NCBI GenBank assembly: GCA_028023455.1
Contig: JAQFVV010000002.1
Coordinates: 21,762,001 to 21,826,000 of the forward strand
DNA from: Epiperipatus broadwayi
Lineage: Eukaryota; Animalia; Onychophora
Length of the DNA stretch: 64,000 nucleotides
Direction of reading: 5' to 3'
Shown piece by piece: positions 1 to 12,660 of the stretch. Each line of letters opens with the position of its first letter. Within the stretch, counting starts at the first letter, position 1. The position numbers and the translations under genes are program-made. The notes under the pieces were generated by a model. That model had not been told where the DNA came from and ran no database searches. It was given only the letters and a program-made list of their open reading frames with translations.

Positions 1-239
1 CTTTTCCCTCATTGTCATCATATACTAAGTCAAATCATTCTTGAAATTAACATTCCTGTAGGTGAAAATGAAGCTAAATAGAACTGATGATTTGCTACAT
101 AAGTTTAACAGGACATTCTTAATAGAATCTTTCCAATGAATTGGTCTAACAAACTTATAATAATAGCTGCAAAAATGTCCATCTCTTCTCCCTCCCCCAA
201 ATATCGAATACAATTCATTCCAGATTAGCTCAAACTCAT

Positions 240-1560
240 AAAATACTTTTTCCAGTCAGTTTTATCTACCCAAGATCCAAAAATTGCTGACAAACTTGTA
301 AAATTATTGGATAGTGCAGACAAAAAAGGAAACCTCAAGTCCTATCATTTTTCCATAAGGTCAGTGTTTGAGAAAGTGTCTCTAAAATAATTACTATTGT
401 TACTGCTAATGAAATTCCAATCTTATATATTAGACTTCTATACTCAAAGTGATAGAATGAGAAAAAGCATTCTTGAACAAAATTGCAATCTTCTCTTTCT
501 CAATATTCCTCTAATATCAATCTGATCAAATTATTAAATATTGATGAACTTGAACATGTTCTTGATTATCTTAAAACAAGAAAGGCCCCAGGAGCAGATA
601 GCATACTTGCAGAATTTCTAAAAAAAAAATGGATCTAAAGACAAAGCTAAATATTATTCATACAGAAACTATTCCAAAAATTTGGCATAAAAGCAAAACT
701 ATAGTAATCTTAAAATCAAATAAACCTAGCACTGATCCAAAATTGTTTTACCAATCATTATTATGTGTTCTCTATAATATTTTTGGAAAGAATCATACTA
801 ACAAGAATGTTTCCAATAGTTTGGAACCATCCAATTCTAGAGCAGGCTGGTTTTAGGCCATGAAAAAGGTGCTGTGAATAAATTTTAACTTTTTTAAAGG
901 AAGTTTTGCATTGAAAAGAGGTAGTTTTTGTTTATGCATACTGTGGTCACTAGGTGATGCTGCAGAACCACCAAGAAGCCTGCAAGTGATAAATTTCTAT
1001 ATGAAAATGGCTACCACAGGTTTCAGGTTTGTCATTTACTTAATGTATTCATTAATGATATTCCAGAAACAAATACAGAAAAATCATTAATGCTGATAAT
1101 ATTGCTTTGATTTTTCAAGTTTCTTTCCTGAAATAGAAAAGACTTTTAAAAGAGATGAAAAGAATTGAAATCTTTTTTTCAAAGACTGGAACCTTATTTG
1201 TAATTTAATAAAGACACTATGGTCAATTTTGTATCTAAGGAAACATCTCATAATTTAAATATAATCTTTTTATAATAGTAGACTGAAACACAATCCTATC
1301 TCATGCTATCGATAGCCTAACTTATTTTTTCATTCATCTAAGATTCAATCAAAATTATTTTCTAGGAATAATTTCCTTGGAAAGTTGTCTACCATTACTT
1401 GGAATTGTAATGCAAATATTTTACAAACAGCTTTACTTTCAGTGAGCTTCTTTAGCAATAGCATATTTGGTTGGTGAAATTTGTGTCCTTGTTTAGAGAA
1501 AAAATTCCCACACTAAACTTTTGAATATTCATTTTAAATATCATTATCAATAACAACCAT
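240..1560 (+). mobile_element. Degenerate non-LTR retrotransposon (LINE) reverse transcriptase remnant
   Basis: Broken frames contain KTRKAPGADSI (~573-606) and EQAGFR (~840-857), conserved motifs at the start of LINE RT domains; many stops and frameshifts. Confidence 0.7.
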
Positions 1561-2230
1561 TATCACTCCACTACAGAATGAATGTTTCTCCAAGTTCAAT
1601 CCATCTTCTCCGATCTTTATCTTCTCTTCTCCACATCACCCCTGCACACTTGCTTATTCCATCCATCTATCTCACATGTGGTCTCTTTCTGGGTCTTTTA
1701 CAATTTCTTGGAATCCAGTTTAAAATTTTAATTATCCATCTATTATCATCTCTTCTAGCAATATGGCCAGACCAACTCCACTTCAGTCTTTTAATTTTTT
1801 CAATGAGGTCAGTAACACCTGTTTGTTCTCTTACCCATATATTGCATTTTCGATCTCTTCTTGTTACTCCCAACATGCATCTCTGCATATTTCTTTCAGT
1901 GGTCTGAAGTCTCTGTATTGCTCTCCTATTAAGTGTCCAAGTCTCAGATCCATAAGTAAGAACTGGTAAAACACATTTATTAAAAACCTTCCTTTTCAAA
2001 CACATAGTCATATTTCCTTTTAATATCAAGTTATTTCTACCAAAAACACGCCAAACAAATTTAATTCTATGATTAATTTCATCCATTATGTTTTCATCTG
2101 TATTAATAATCTGACCAAGGTATTTGTAGCTGTTAACTTCTTCTCACTTAAAAATATACCATGAGAAATATTGCTGAAGCATCAAATCTACTCCTTCACC
2201 ACGACTTCCTGTTCTTTTACATATTCTTTC
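1560..2230 (-). mobile_element. RTE-clade LINE 3' fragment (RT C-terminus)
   Basis: ORF 1667-2086 CVLPVLTYGSETW...KWSWSGHIARRDDNRW...RPRKRPHVR is typical of the RTE RT C-terminal region. Confidence 0.9.
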
Positions 2231-3244
2231 ACCAGATATCAGAAAATAAGTTGCCTGACAGAAAATGTCCAAAAAATTGTTTTGCAGATTAAACTTTCTA
2301 CTAACTCAAAATATTATTTCATCACATAAGACTCATCTCAAACCAAGATCTCTTGTTGGTTATTCAATTGAGAATTTATAATGAAAGAATTATGGCATAA
2401 AAAAATTATTATGAGGTTTCAATTTTTTTTTCCTAAATCCAATTATAAAACCAGCTAAATTTTATATCCCTATATATAACTGGAGTGCCTCGTCAGATTC
2501 AAAAAGACCATAGTCATTAAATTCATTTGCTTCATAAGCGAAATTTATCATCCATTAATCTATGGAAATTAGGCAACCAAACCACATAGTTAATAACTAT
2601 CAAATTTATGACTACAATAACAGATATGAAGCTCTTAATAAAGTTGCTAATGAATCTATCTTCTAGTTTGAATCTCCTCGAATTCTTTTATAATAACTTG
2701 GCAATAGTTAATCTGTTTTAAACAAATCCACATGTTAAAGAATGGAAAAGATAAATTGTAAAGATTGCATGTAGGATCTATTATGAAGATTAAAAAAATG
2801 AAAGAAAAATAAGATTATAAAAGAAGTAAATTATTGTGATTGCAAGAATGACCAGAAATGTTTGTAAAAAGATGTGGGATTGATGTGATGAATATTCTTT
2901 TAATGACAAAGAATTAATGTTGACAAAAAATGGACCATTACCCAAAGACTTGTTTTACAATACTGGAGCAATCAATAAAAAGTGTTAACACTAAATACCG
3001 ATCAAACTACTACTGATGAAAAATGAGATATGAACCTTATAGTAATTCAAGTAAAACAAAAAGGTTTTAACAATAATGAAATCTGAACATGTTAAGTTAA
3101 TTTCCACCAAAACATGAAACAAAAGTCTTAAAATCAGACTTATATGCTTCAGAGATGGTGATGAAAGTTAAAAACTATAGTTGATGTAATTGAAACTGCA
3201 CAGTGATAAATATGAAGATTAAGTAAAGAAAAACCCAGTATAGT

Positions 3245-3630
3245 CATCATCATCATCATCATCATCAACCATTATCAATCCACTGCAGAATGAAGGTCTC
3301 TCCAAGTTTAATCCATCTTCTCCGATCTTTAGCTTCTCTTCTCCACAACACCCCTGCACATTTTCTTATTTCATCCATCCATCTCACATGTGGTCTCTTT
3401 CTGGGTCTTTACAATCTCTTGGAATCCAGTTTAAAATTCCAATTGTCCATCTATTATCATCTCTTCTAGCAATATGTCCAGCCCAACTCCATTTCAATCT
3501 TTTAATTTTTTCAATAAGGTCAGTAACACCTGTTTGTTGTCTTACCCATACATTGCGTTTTCGATCTCTTCTTGTTACTCCCAACATACATCTCTCCATA
3601 CTCCTTTGAGTGGTCTGAAGTCTCTGTATT
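3245..3630 (-). mobile_element. RTE-clade LINE 3' fragment with (GAT)n tail
   Basis: ORF 3384-3599 MERCMLGVTRRDRKRN...KWSWAGHIARR; the (CAT)n run at ~3245-3267 is the 3' tail on the minus strand. Confidence 0.9.
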
Positions 3631-3989
3631 AGTAAATATAGTTAAAATATGAAAAAGTTTCATAAATAGTATATTGTTAGATATTCAATATGCTACAGAA
3701 TGCTTTTGGAAGGCAGAACAAAATAAAGTTTCGAAGAAGAAAATCAAACAAGGAAATTCCATCTGGCAATCAAAATCATGTTGCTTAAAAAGTGCTATTA
3801 GAAATAAACTATACTGGCTATAATGAGGAAAAAAAGATGGTTAACAAGTTTAAATTAGATTTATTTATTTATTTAGCACACAAACTTTTTTAACAACTTA
3901 ATTATTAACAAAATATTATAAAGAATTCTGTAGAGATTCCAATCAGGAAATAGATTTACCAATGGCTTATTAAGCTCTTCAACTATGCC

Positions 3990-4195
3990 ACTATAGCAAA
4001 TATTTGACAATCATTAACTATATGTTTCATAATTTGTGTTTTCCACATTTGTATAGATTGGTAGCTTATACATATCATTTATGAAGCAGATGAGCATATG
4101 GACTGGGGTTGCTCTAAAACCTGTCAATAAGACTTCAATTACCTTCAGGAAGACCACATCTGACTTTATCATTGGACTTGGAAAAAAAAATTTGT
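3990..4195 (+). repeat. Unclassified poly(A)-ending repeat (SINE or LINE 3' end); relative at ~31060-31385
   Basis: Both copies share TTATGAAGCAGATGAG...AATAAGACT...GGA(C/T)(T/C)TGGAAAAAAAAA. Confidence 0.5.
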
Positions 4196-4216
4196 TTGGA
4201 AAATCACAATTCTCTC

Positions 4217-4314
4217 TTTTTTTTTTTCATGTGTCAAAGCATTGACTGGGAAGCGAGCCCGGAACAACTGCTTGTAAGACAGCCATGCTGACCACTCGGC
4301 CACCAATGCTTGAC
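4217..4314 (-). mobile_element. tRNA-derived SINE
   Basis: A-box-like TGGCCGAGTGG, B-box-like GGGCTCGCTTCCC, 3' ATGCTTTGACACATG(A)n; one of 9 related copies. Confidence 0.8.
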
Positions 4315-5767
4315 AAAATTATCTTTTTTATACTACAATTCTTTGTTTGTAAATACTTTTTTGAACAACCAAAAAGGGAATCTTGATTTATCTTAGGTCA
4401 TAAAACTATATCTTGCAATATTGGCATATTTTCTGTGAAGCAATTTCTCTTTTAATATCCAGTAGGGAAATATGTCAAAGAACAAGAAGTTATTTCAAAA
4501 GAATAAACTTGAATGTACCAATAATATTTCTTGTGATGATCTTTAATTCAGTATCCAAAAGTTTAGTATGAAACTTTCCTCTAAAAAAGGTATACTAATG
4601 TTAAGAAAACTGTCTGTATAGTACTGATATCACAAATCTAAATAGTGCCAAGATACTTTCAAAAGAGGTCATTCCTAAAAATTAATTTTGATCTATCTTA
4701 GATAAATGAGGAAAATAAGTTAGTCTTCTATAGAAAGTTACTCCTACATAGCATGGGAGTTGTTTTATTCCATTTATGACAGTCTTCTTGTGGTCTACTC
4801 TGCAAATAGTATGCATTAGCTTACGAAATGAATAATCACATAAAAATCAGACTTGATTTTGACAAACTCCTGATTAAAGATAGCAAATAATGAAATTTAA
4901 GTTCCAATAATTGATTTCTTATCTAAGTTTAAAATATAATTTCCATTACATGTCTTGGAATACAAAAATTACTATTAATATTGGCATAGCACTTGAAACT
5001 TTAAGCCCACTAAAGTATTACAAATGAAAGCAGTTTTGTTTTCTTTACTCATATGCCCTCCATCCATATTCTTGAATAATTGGTGATTACTTGATGATGA
5101 TGCAATTCCCATTCTCAAGCTGATTTTTTGGCTTAACTTGATAGAAGAAAAAGAAATTAAAGATGGCTGCCAGATATATGCTTGTATTGTTCGATTTTTG
5201 AATTCCAAAGTTCTCATTAATAAATGCAAAGGCCCAAAAAATAGGCTGGGGAATAGAGATTAAAATGTATTACTATCTGTTAACCACTGATCACTTAAGC
5301 CTATAAAAGATTGACTAGAATAAAGAAAGCACAATAGTGCTTCTTTAAGATTATAGTTGATTAAAAAGAGCATTTAAATACTAGATTAGGAGATATATAT
5401 TTTTTGAAGGATTAGGGGAAATAAACTACTATTGAGTATTTTTATACAAAAAGTCAAACTATGCTGTGAAAGTCTGTCAATCATCAATCTGCTTTATAAG
5501 AGGTTATGATGAGGGAAAGTGTTAGCATCTTATAAAAATTATATACTTGGTGTCTAGTATTAGGTTAAATCTGAAGTCCAAAAAGTATCTACATTTAAAG
5601 TGTCCTATGCACTTTAGGGCAATGATTGAATTGCATATTCTAAAGGTGAATGTTTCTGGATGGATTATCAGTTGAACTGAATACTTGCTTGCTCAAGTAA
5701 CACATTACCTCCTGAGTAACTAACTGTAAAACTAAATAGTTTGATCCACATAGTGTTATTATTCAAA

Positions 5768-6205
5768 CTTGCTACAAAATAGAAAAAAATATATAATTAC
5801 TGATCAAAATTTTTTTAATATTTTAACTAAAATATTTTAAATAAATAACGAAGTTGGTAGAAAATAAAAATATGCATTATTGTTATTAAATAAAAGAAAG
5901 AATTTATTAATAAATGTAAAAAAGAATTTATTTGACATTAAATTTTAGTTAACTTTTCATGTTTTACATTTTGAAAAGCCTGTAATCTCACTAATACTGA
6001 ATAGAATATAAAAAGATGAAAGGTTTAATAAAATTTAATGTTTCATAAATTCCTTAAATTTATTAATAAATTCTTTCTTTTATTTAATAACGATAATGTA
6101 TATTTTTATTTTCCTACCAACTTTACATTGTTATTTATTTTAAATATTTTGTTTAAAATATTAATAGAATTTTGATTATGTGGGGTTTTTCCCATTTTGT
6201 GGCAA
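5768..6205. repeat. AT-rich foldback (long inverted repeat) element
   Basis: Left arm ~5768-5960 is the approximate reverse complement of ~6020-6205 (e.g. ATTAAATAAAAGAAAGAATTTATTAATAAAT / ATTTATTAATAAATTCTTTCTTTTATTTAAT). Confidence 0.7.
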
Positions 6206-6642
6206 AAAAAAATTTTATTTTAAATAAAATCTTCATACTAAACAAATTAAATAATTATATAATTTTTTTAACAATTATTTATATATGTTTTAAATTATAG
6301 ATCTTTATATTTATTTTATAAATTTCTTCTTTAATTAAATAATATTTATTTTAATTTTTCAGTTTGTTATTTCCATAATTCACATGAAGGCAGATAAATA
6401 CTTTTTTTGGCACCCTTTTTTTTAATTATAAAATAAACTTTATTAATTACAAATTATGTACAAGTATTAACATATGTGCGCGGGGGGGGGGTGTATGACA
6501 AAAGATACACGGCTTATAAGATATAGTTATTATGACTAGTGTCTGAAAGCGGATACAATGTTTCAGTTTTAAAATATGAACAACTAAGAAAAATATTGTT
6601 CTGCCAAATTTTTCTTAGTATTTTTGGGTATATATTTTAGAG

Positions 6643-6924
6643 CAGCATTTCTCAACCTTTGGGTCGCGAATATGCACCAAGAAATAAAAACATAAATATC
6701 TGGTAGCAAAAATATGTAGTTTAACTTTAACTCAACTTTTAACTTACAAATTATTTGTTCATTATAAATATCAAATTGATCTGAATATATACATATATAT
6801 AGTACCGTGCTTATATAATATCTCTTTTAATTTATATTATAATTTATGTAATAAACATTTGGGTGGCAGAACTATTTCAATGAAGTCTATTGGGTCGTGT
6901 GGCAAAAAAGGTTGAGAAACATGG
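6643..6924. mobile_element. hAT-like MITE
   Basis: TIRs CAGCATTTCTCAACCTTT / AAGGTTGAGAAACATGG with subterminal GGGTCG; 8-bp TSD TTTTAGAG (6635-6642) / TTTTGGAG (6925-6932). Confidence 0.75.
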
Positions 6925-7199
6925 TTTTGGAGCATATAAATATATATCATACTATTCTTTATTATTTTTTAAAAAAACATTATATTCTTTTTATATATAT
7001 AAAAGAGAGACTTTATTGAGTATAAAATGTTTTACAAGGTAAATATTGATTTACATAGTGTATTATGGAGATGTGAAATGACACATTGAATTTTTTTGTC
7101 CATAGCATTTCCAGAAATTGATCAACCCGTGGAAATTCAAAGCATTAATCCATGAGATTAACCATTAAAGACAATTGCATGCTACAATTAGGAATTATT

Positions 7200-8255
7200 T
7201 GTAAAGTCTACAGTTAAAATATGAGTAGCATTTTAGGAGTACAATATTGAGAAAACCAATTTGCGATAGATAAGTTGAGAATAGGAAAACATTTGGAGAT
7301 AACAGCATTGGAAATAATAAATTTAAATAAGGTGAATTACTTGCAATAAAAATCATTAGGCCAAACTGCAACTTACTTTGCAATAATACTTGGATAAAAT
7401 CGTTTATAACAATAATGCTAAAAAACCGCTATGAATAGAGTTTTTTTCCTCCTTGTGAATGAGAAAATCAACGTTGGTAATGATCCCCACAGCACTCTCA
7501 TCCAAGCCCTCCCCCTCAAAAGAACCAGGATTTAGGCTTTTGGGGCCCCTCCCAACAACCAAACTCTCTCATTTAATCAGCAAAGTTGAATGTAATGAAA
7601 ATTTTAATTAAAACGTACAACTAAGAATTATTTGTGAAGTCTAGACTTCAAATATGAATAGGGTTTTAGGAGTACAACATTGAGAAATCCTATTTGCGGT
7701 AGATAATTTGAGAAATAGGAAAACACTTGGAGATAACATAAAATACGGACCAAATCAATCTACTGTTCAGTTCTTCCAAATGGCCTCGGATATCCTCACA
7801 AGAGAGCAATCCTGAATACTTTGAAAAAACCGTGGAGAACAAGGGGAAAAAATTCCAAGCTTCAAAATGTCTCTGCTGAAGACCATTTTAATCCACCATG
7901 AAAATCACATGAACAGCAAAAGGCCAGCCCTATCAATAACAACATTGGAAGTAATAAAATTAAATAAGGTGAATCACTTGCAATTAGAATCATGAGGCCA
8001 AACTGCAACTTATTTTGCAAAAATACACAGATAAAATCATTTATGATGATAACGCTAAAAAATCACCACAAACAATGTTATCTTTCCTATCTTGTGAATG
8101 AGAAAAACCAATGTTGGTTACGATCACCACAACACTCTCATCCAGCCCACTCCCTCAAAAGAACTAGGATTTAGGTGCCTGGGGGACTTCTCAACAACCA
8201 GACTCTCTCATTCATTCAACAAAATTAAGTGAAATGAAAATTTTCATTAAAAGGT
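7200..8255. repeat. Local direct duplication of an unclassified ~330-bp repeat
   Basis: ~7290-7620 resembles ~7940-8255; ~7230-7300 resembles ~7665-7735. Confidence 0.65.
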
Positions 8256-8399
8256 AAAATCTCTGTTGAAATCTTTTGTAATTTCAATAATTTACATAGC
8301 GTTTTTATAAAAGTTGAAATTATTCTTATTTGTGATTGCATTGTTGATATAGCTTGTATATGAAAAGAGAGCTAAGAAACTCCCCCTTTTAATAGGGAT

Positions 8400-9100
8400 A
8401 GTTTTAGAGAAAATTAATTCCCTGAACTAGAAAAAGGAGAACGAAATGGGGAGCCAGAAACAGAGTTAACTGGAGTCCTTGGCTCCCTCCAGTGGACTGT
8501 AACATTATATTCTTTGTTAGTGAAAGTTACAGAACAGCAAGGAAGCCACATGGTTCTAATACTGTGGATAATTACTATGGCATATGTTTGTGGAATACGA
8601 AGTGTCTTAATAATGAGAAGAATGGACATGTTTCAAAAATGTGTATCATATCTTCTGGATGACTATTATAAAAGATACATATGAGATCCAGATTTAACTT
8701 AAAATGATTAATGGGGAAAGTATTTGTAGGAATTGTGTTAGTACATTTGGGAATATAATTAATGTTTTGGCAATTGGGAGGGTTGACCATAGATGTCTAG
8801 CAGGATATATATATATTCAGATCTTGATTGTCCAATAGATCTGCATTCTCAATAGTGTGATCAGTATAAAAAATGATTTGCATATGAAAGTTGAGCAAGC
8901 AATATTATAGATGGAGGAATGGCTTTGAGGATTGGATTAATTGTGGTTGCGCTGTGCATCTTACAAATACTTGATCAAATTAAATTAATTTATTTTGTTT
9001 AAAAATAAACATCATATCGTTATTTGCAAGTTTATTGTTTTAATCAATGCATTTTTCACCTTTAACTCAATCCTACCACAACCACCCATCAACCCAAAAA
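8400..9100 (-). mobile_element. Degenerate LINE 3' end with zinc-finger-like motif
   Basis: ORF 8575-8790 contains CIFYNSHPEDMIHIFETCP, resembling the C-terminal CCHC finger of non-LTR ORF2. Confidence 0.5.
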
Positions 9101-9313
9101 TCAGACCAACCTCTCCCACTATAGATAGATTAGAAACGTACACTCTTTCATAAAATCCATATAGCATATATTACAATTTAACTTCATTATACACATTATT
9201 TTTAGAGATACTTAAACCTAACTTCATACATCATATATTTAAATATATTTCAAACTTCTATTCCCTCACACATTAATAAAACATATGATCAAAGATATAT
9301 GAAAATAATAAAT

Positions 9314-9368
9314 GATCCCTAAAATATGCATTTCGTACTGAACCAGTACTCATCAGTAGTCTCAGATC
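9314..9368 (-). ncRNA. Hammerhead ribozyme core, family E (stem I poorly paired)
   Basis: Minus strand CTGATGA-GTACTG/GTT/CAGTAC-GAAA-TGCATA; palindromic stem III ATGCAT; related copy on + at ~21823-21860 has GAAA>AAAA. Confidence 0.55.
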
Positions 9369-9809
9369 ACAATTTCTTACACACATCTTCATCATTTGTT
9401 CAGAATATATACAGATAGCAAATTATTATAGTTTAATTGACAGATTTCAAATTTTCTGTTTCATAAATCATGTAGTTAGTTGTTTGGGAGGTCATGTGAT
9501 GTTTGAGCAAACAAGATAGCTGCTAGTCCCCAGAAACTTTTCATTTTTGAATTTGTTATTACATTAAACTATGTATGAAATCCTAAAAACAAATAATATT
9601 TAATAATTTTTTATTATTAATATGTTATGTATTAGTGGGCACAATATGTGCAAGTTGTGTAAGGAACTACAAATATTGAACTTTTCTCGATTACATCCCA
9701 TTATAAAACTAGATTATTGATTGTTTCTTGGTAATTGTATTGATAAACTGACAACTTGTCATGATAATGTAATATATATATTATTATTTTCATTAAAGAG
9801 AAATTTCTT

Positions 9810-9927
9810 GTCAGGCATTGTAAGCTGAGAGGTCAGCGCAGCTGTCTTGCAAGCAAGCAGTTGCTTGCAGACAGTTGTTGCAGGTTCGCTTCCTGGCCGA
9901 TGCTATGACATATGGGGGAAAAAAAAG
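9810..9927 (+). mobile_element. tRNA-derived SINE
   Basis: GTCAGGCATTG...GAGAGGTCAG...GGTTCGCTTCCTGGCCGATGCTATGACATATG(A)n. Confidence 0.8.
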
Positions 9928-10959
9928 AAATTTATTTTAACTCTAACTACAAATCAAAATTTATTAATAAAAAAGAAAGAGCAAAAATACATTAGACATA
10001 ATAAAATTTGTTTATTTTTGCACATAAAATTAATAAATATATTTGAGAAGAATCAATTAATTTATGAATCACTTAAAATGTAAAAAGGGGATCTTATAAT
10101 AATAGTAATTAAGTTTTAAAAAATGTATAAAAATTCCCTTTTGAGTGATTTGCAAATTTATTTCCCCCTACATCTAATATACAACACCTATTGTTTTGAA
10201 TGAGATTTGTTAAAGATGAGATCATCTATTTCTATGCCAGTAACCAGACCAAATAAAATTTAAATTTTTTTTGTAGATTATAAGCAGATTTACGATCTTT
10301 CAGAGAACCAAACTTATAATGATACAAGTAATTACCCGGATACTTTACTAATTTTAGCTAAAGAGTGAAACAAATTGGATGGTCTGATAAATAATCATTC
10401 TTTTTTGCATGATTTCTGGATAGGTCTTTATTGTAAAATATTTAACTGCTGTTTAAATATGCCATCTTAGAATTTACCCTGAAGATCTCTTTAATAATTC
10501 ACTAAAAATTCTGACATTCTAATACCATTTAAAATATAAAGCATTCTTCATTTTCCAAACAGAATAAATGGGGAAAAATATCGTTAGCCGGTAAATTTTT
10601 TAAAAAAAAAAAAGCCAATTCTTCTAATGAAACTTAGTACAAAAATATTTATTTTATCAAAAATATATTTCTTCAAGTGTAAATATCTTATTATAAATGA
10701 TAATATTCAAGATAAGACTATTCAATTTGATTATTTGGAAAAAGAAAAAAAAATTTGTTAATGACAAATCTAAAAATGAAACATTTATTCAGTATCCTCA
10801 TGAAAAGTTGGCTGGTGACTGTTTCTCTCCCCAAATTAATTGAAATACTATCTCTAAATTAGTACATAGAGATATAGTTTTGCTATTAACCATAAAAATT
10901 TTAAGATGCTAGCATGACTAGATCAAGGTATAACTTAAAATGCGACAGTGTGTTTCAAT

Positions 10960-11150
10960 CTTAAACTATGATGGAACAATGCACTGAAGTTAATTTTAAT
11001 TTTATGTAAGAAAAAACTACTACTAAAATATATCTGAAATGGTTCAAACTATGTATGACAATAAAGCCATGTGTCATGAACGTTTTCAAGATTTCACAAT
11101 GACAGGGATTGCACTGAAGCTGATCTAAAAAAATACAAACTACACTGATA
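10960..11150 (+). mobile_element. Mariner transposase N-terminal remnant
   Basis: Broken frames MEQCTEVNFNF...MVQTMYDNKAMCHERF resemble the mariner HTH region. Confidence 0.45.
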
Positions 11151-12359
11151 CAATTCATATTGTAACTTATGATTCAGAAATGTAGCACCTCAAAAATTAT
11201 TCTCATAAATAACCAAACTGTCACTACAAATTAATACATAGGTTTGGAGATGGTACTACTGACAGGAGAGAGGATCAGTCATCTTTTCATTGGGACACTG
11301 TGAAATGTCTTTATAACCATAATCTTCCTAATATTGATTCACAGGTCTCAAAAAACCAATATTCAACAATATTATAAATAAATCTCAGATGTGAATAAAT
11401 ATTATAATCTTATTGGAGTAAAATTTTTAATACAGTAAATATTGAAATAAATAATTTTAATTAATTTAATACTCAAATACTCAAAATTTTTACAATTAAA
11501 ACTTGTGGACTGGCACTTGTTAAAGTAAAATGTTTTCTTCAACTGTTCACCAAAGACAACAATACTTTCTAAATATTAAGCATAAATAATCATGAACAAT
11601 TTATCCACTATTTACTCCACTCTTACAAATGTGAATGATTAGCTAACATCTCAGACTGCTTTCAGTGATCAAGTTTTATGATTATCAAAAAAAAGAAATA
11701 TATGATGGTGTCTTGTCATCTCTGAATTTATAAAAAATGTTTTCTTTTTTGCACGAAAATCTTATATTGTTTAATAGCTCTTATCAATAGTGGTTTTGCT
11801 GCCACACTGTTAGTCATTGTAATATGACTTGAATTGTACTTGAAGTCTATTTGATTTTCATCTCAAATCATGTAATCTCTGAATTTCTATTTCTGATCAC
11901 AATAAGAAATTTTTGAAATCATTTCTTGTTAACTTATGAATAATTTTTTTAGTATATTTTGTTTCCTAATTTCTTATTTAAGATCTATAATATTTATCAA
12001 TTTTTTATTAACATTTAGATTTTTACATCGAATTTATTTATTGTTCACAAATTATTATCTCAAATATGATTTTATGTTTATGTCAATCTTTGTGGGTTAC
12101 TTTTAATATTTCTTACATTTATTTATTAATCATTATATCTATATAAATAATTTAACAATGCTGAAAATATGTAATTAAATGAAATATTCAATCTTCATAA
12201 ACTAGAGGATTTTTTAAAACTTTTTACATGTTACCACATTAATAAAAAAAATTGATTAATATAGTAATATATAAAAGTTTAGAAAACCTTTTAAATAACA
12301 TAAGAATATTAACATCATTTTATTTAATCATTATATTCATATCTTTTAAATATTAAAAC

Positions 12360-12660
12360 ACTAAACATCACATGATCACCATTTCTCATGTTTGCACATA
12401 ACTCTTATTAACACAGGCAAAACTCTCCATACAGTAGCGCCACTCAGTGCCAGCCAGAGTAATCAATGGATGCCGGAAGGCAGTGCTCTCAGATCCAAGG
12501 CTCTTCACTGACGAAGGCCACAAGCCAGAAACTGGTCTGGGAATATTGGATGAGTATACACTAGATAGGGATTTTATGCACAAGCTTTCTGGCATCCATT
12601 GATTACTCTGGTTGGCACAGGGTGGCACTACTATATGGAGAGTTTTGCCTGTGTTAATCT
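12360..12660. mobile_element. Family A hammerhead element, head-to-head insertion; ribozyme core on + at 12508-12537
   Basis: CTGACGA-AGGCCACAAGCCA-GAAA-CTGGTC-TGGGAA; outer arms are inverted repeats of the family A 3' region. Confidence 0.8.

Noticed and set aside
2465-2500. CTGACGA on the minus strand
   Set aside because: No stem II/GAAA arrangement follows.
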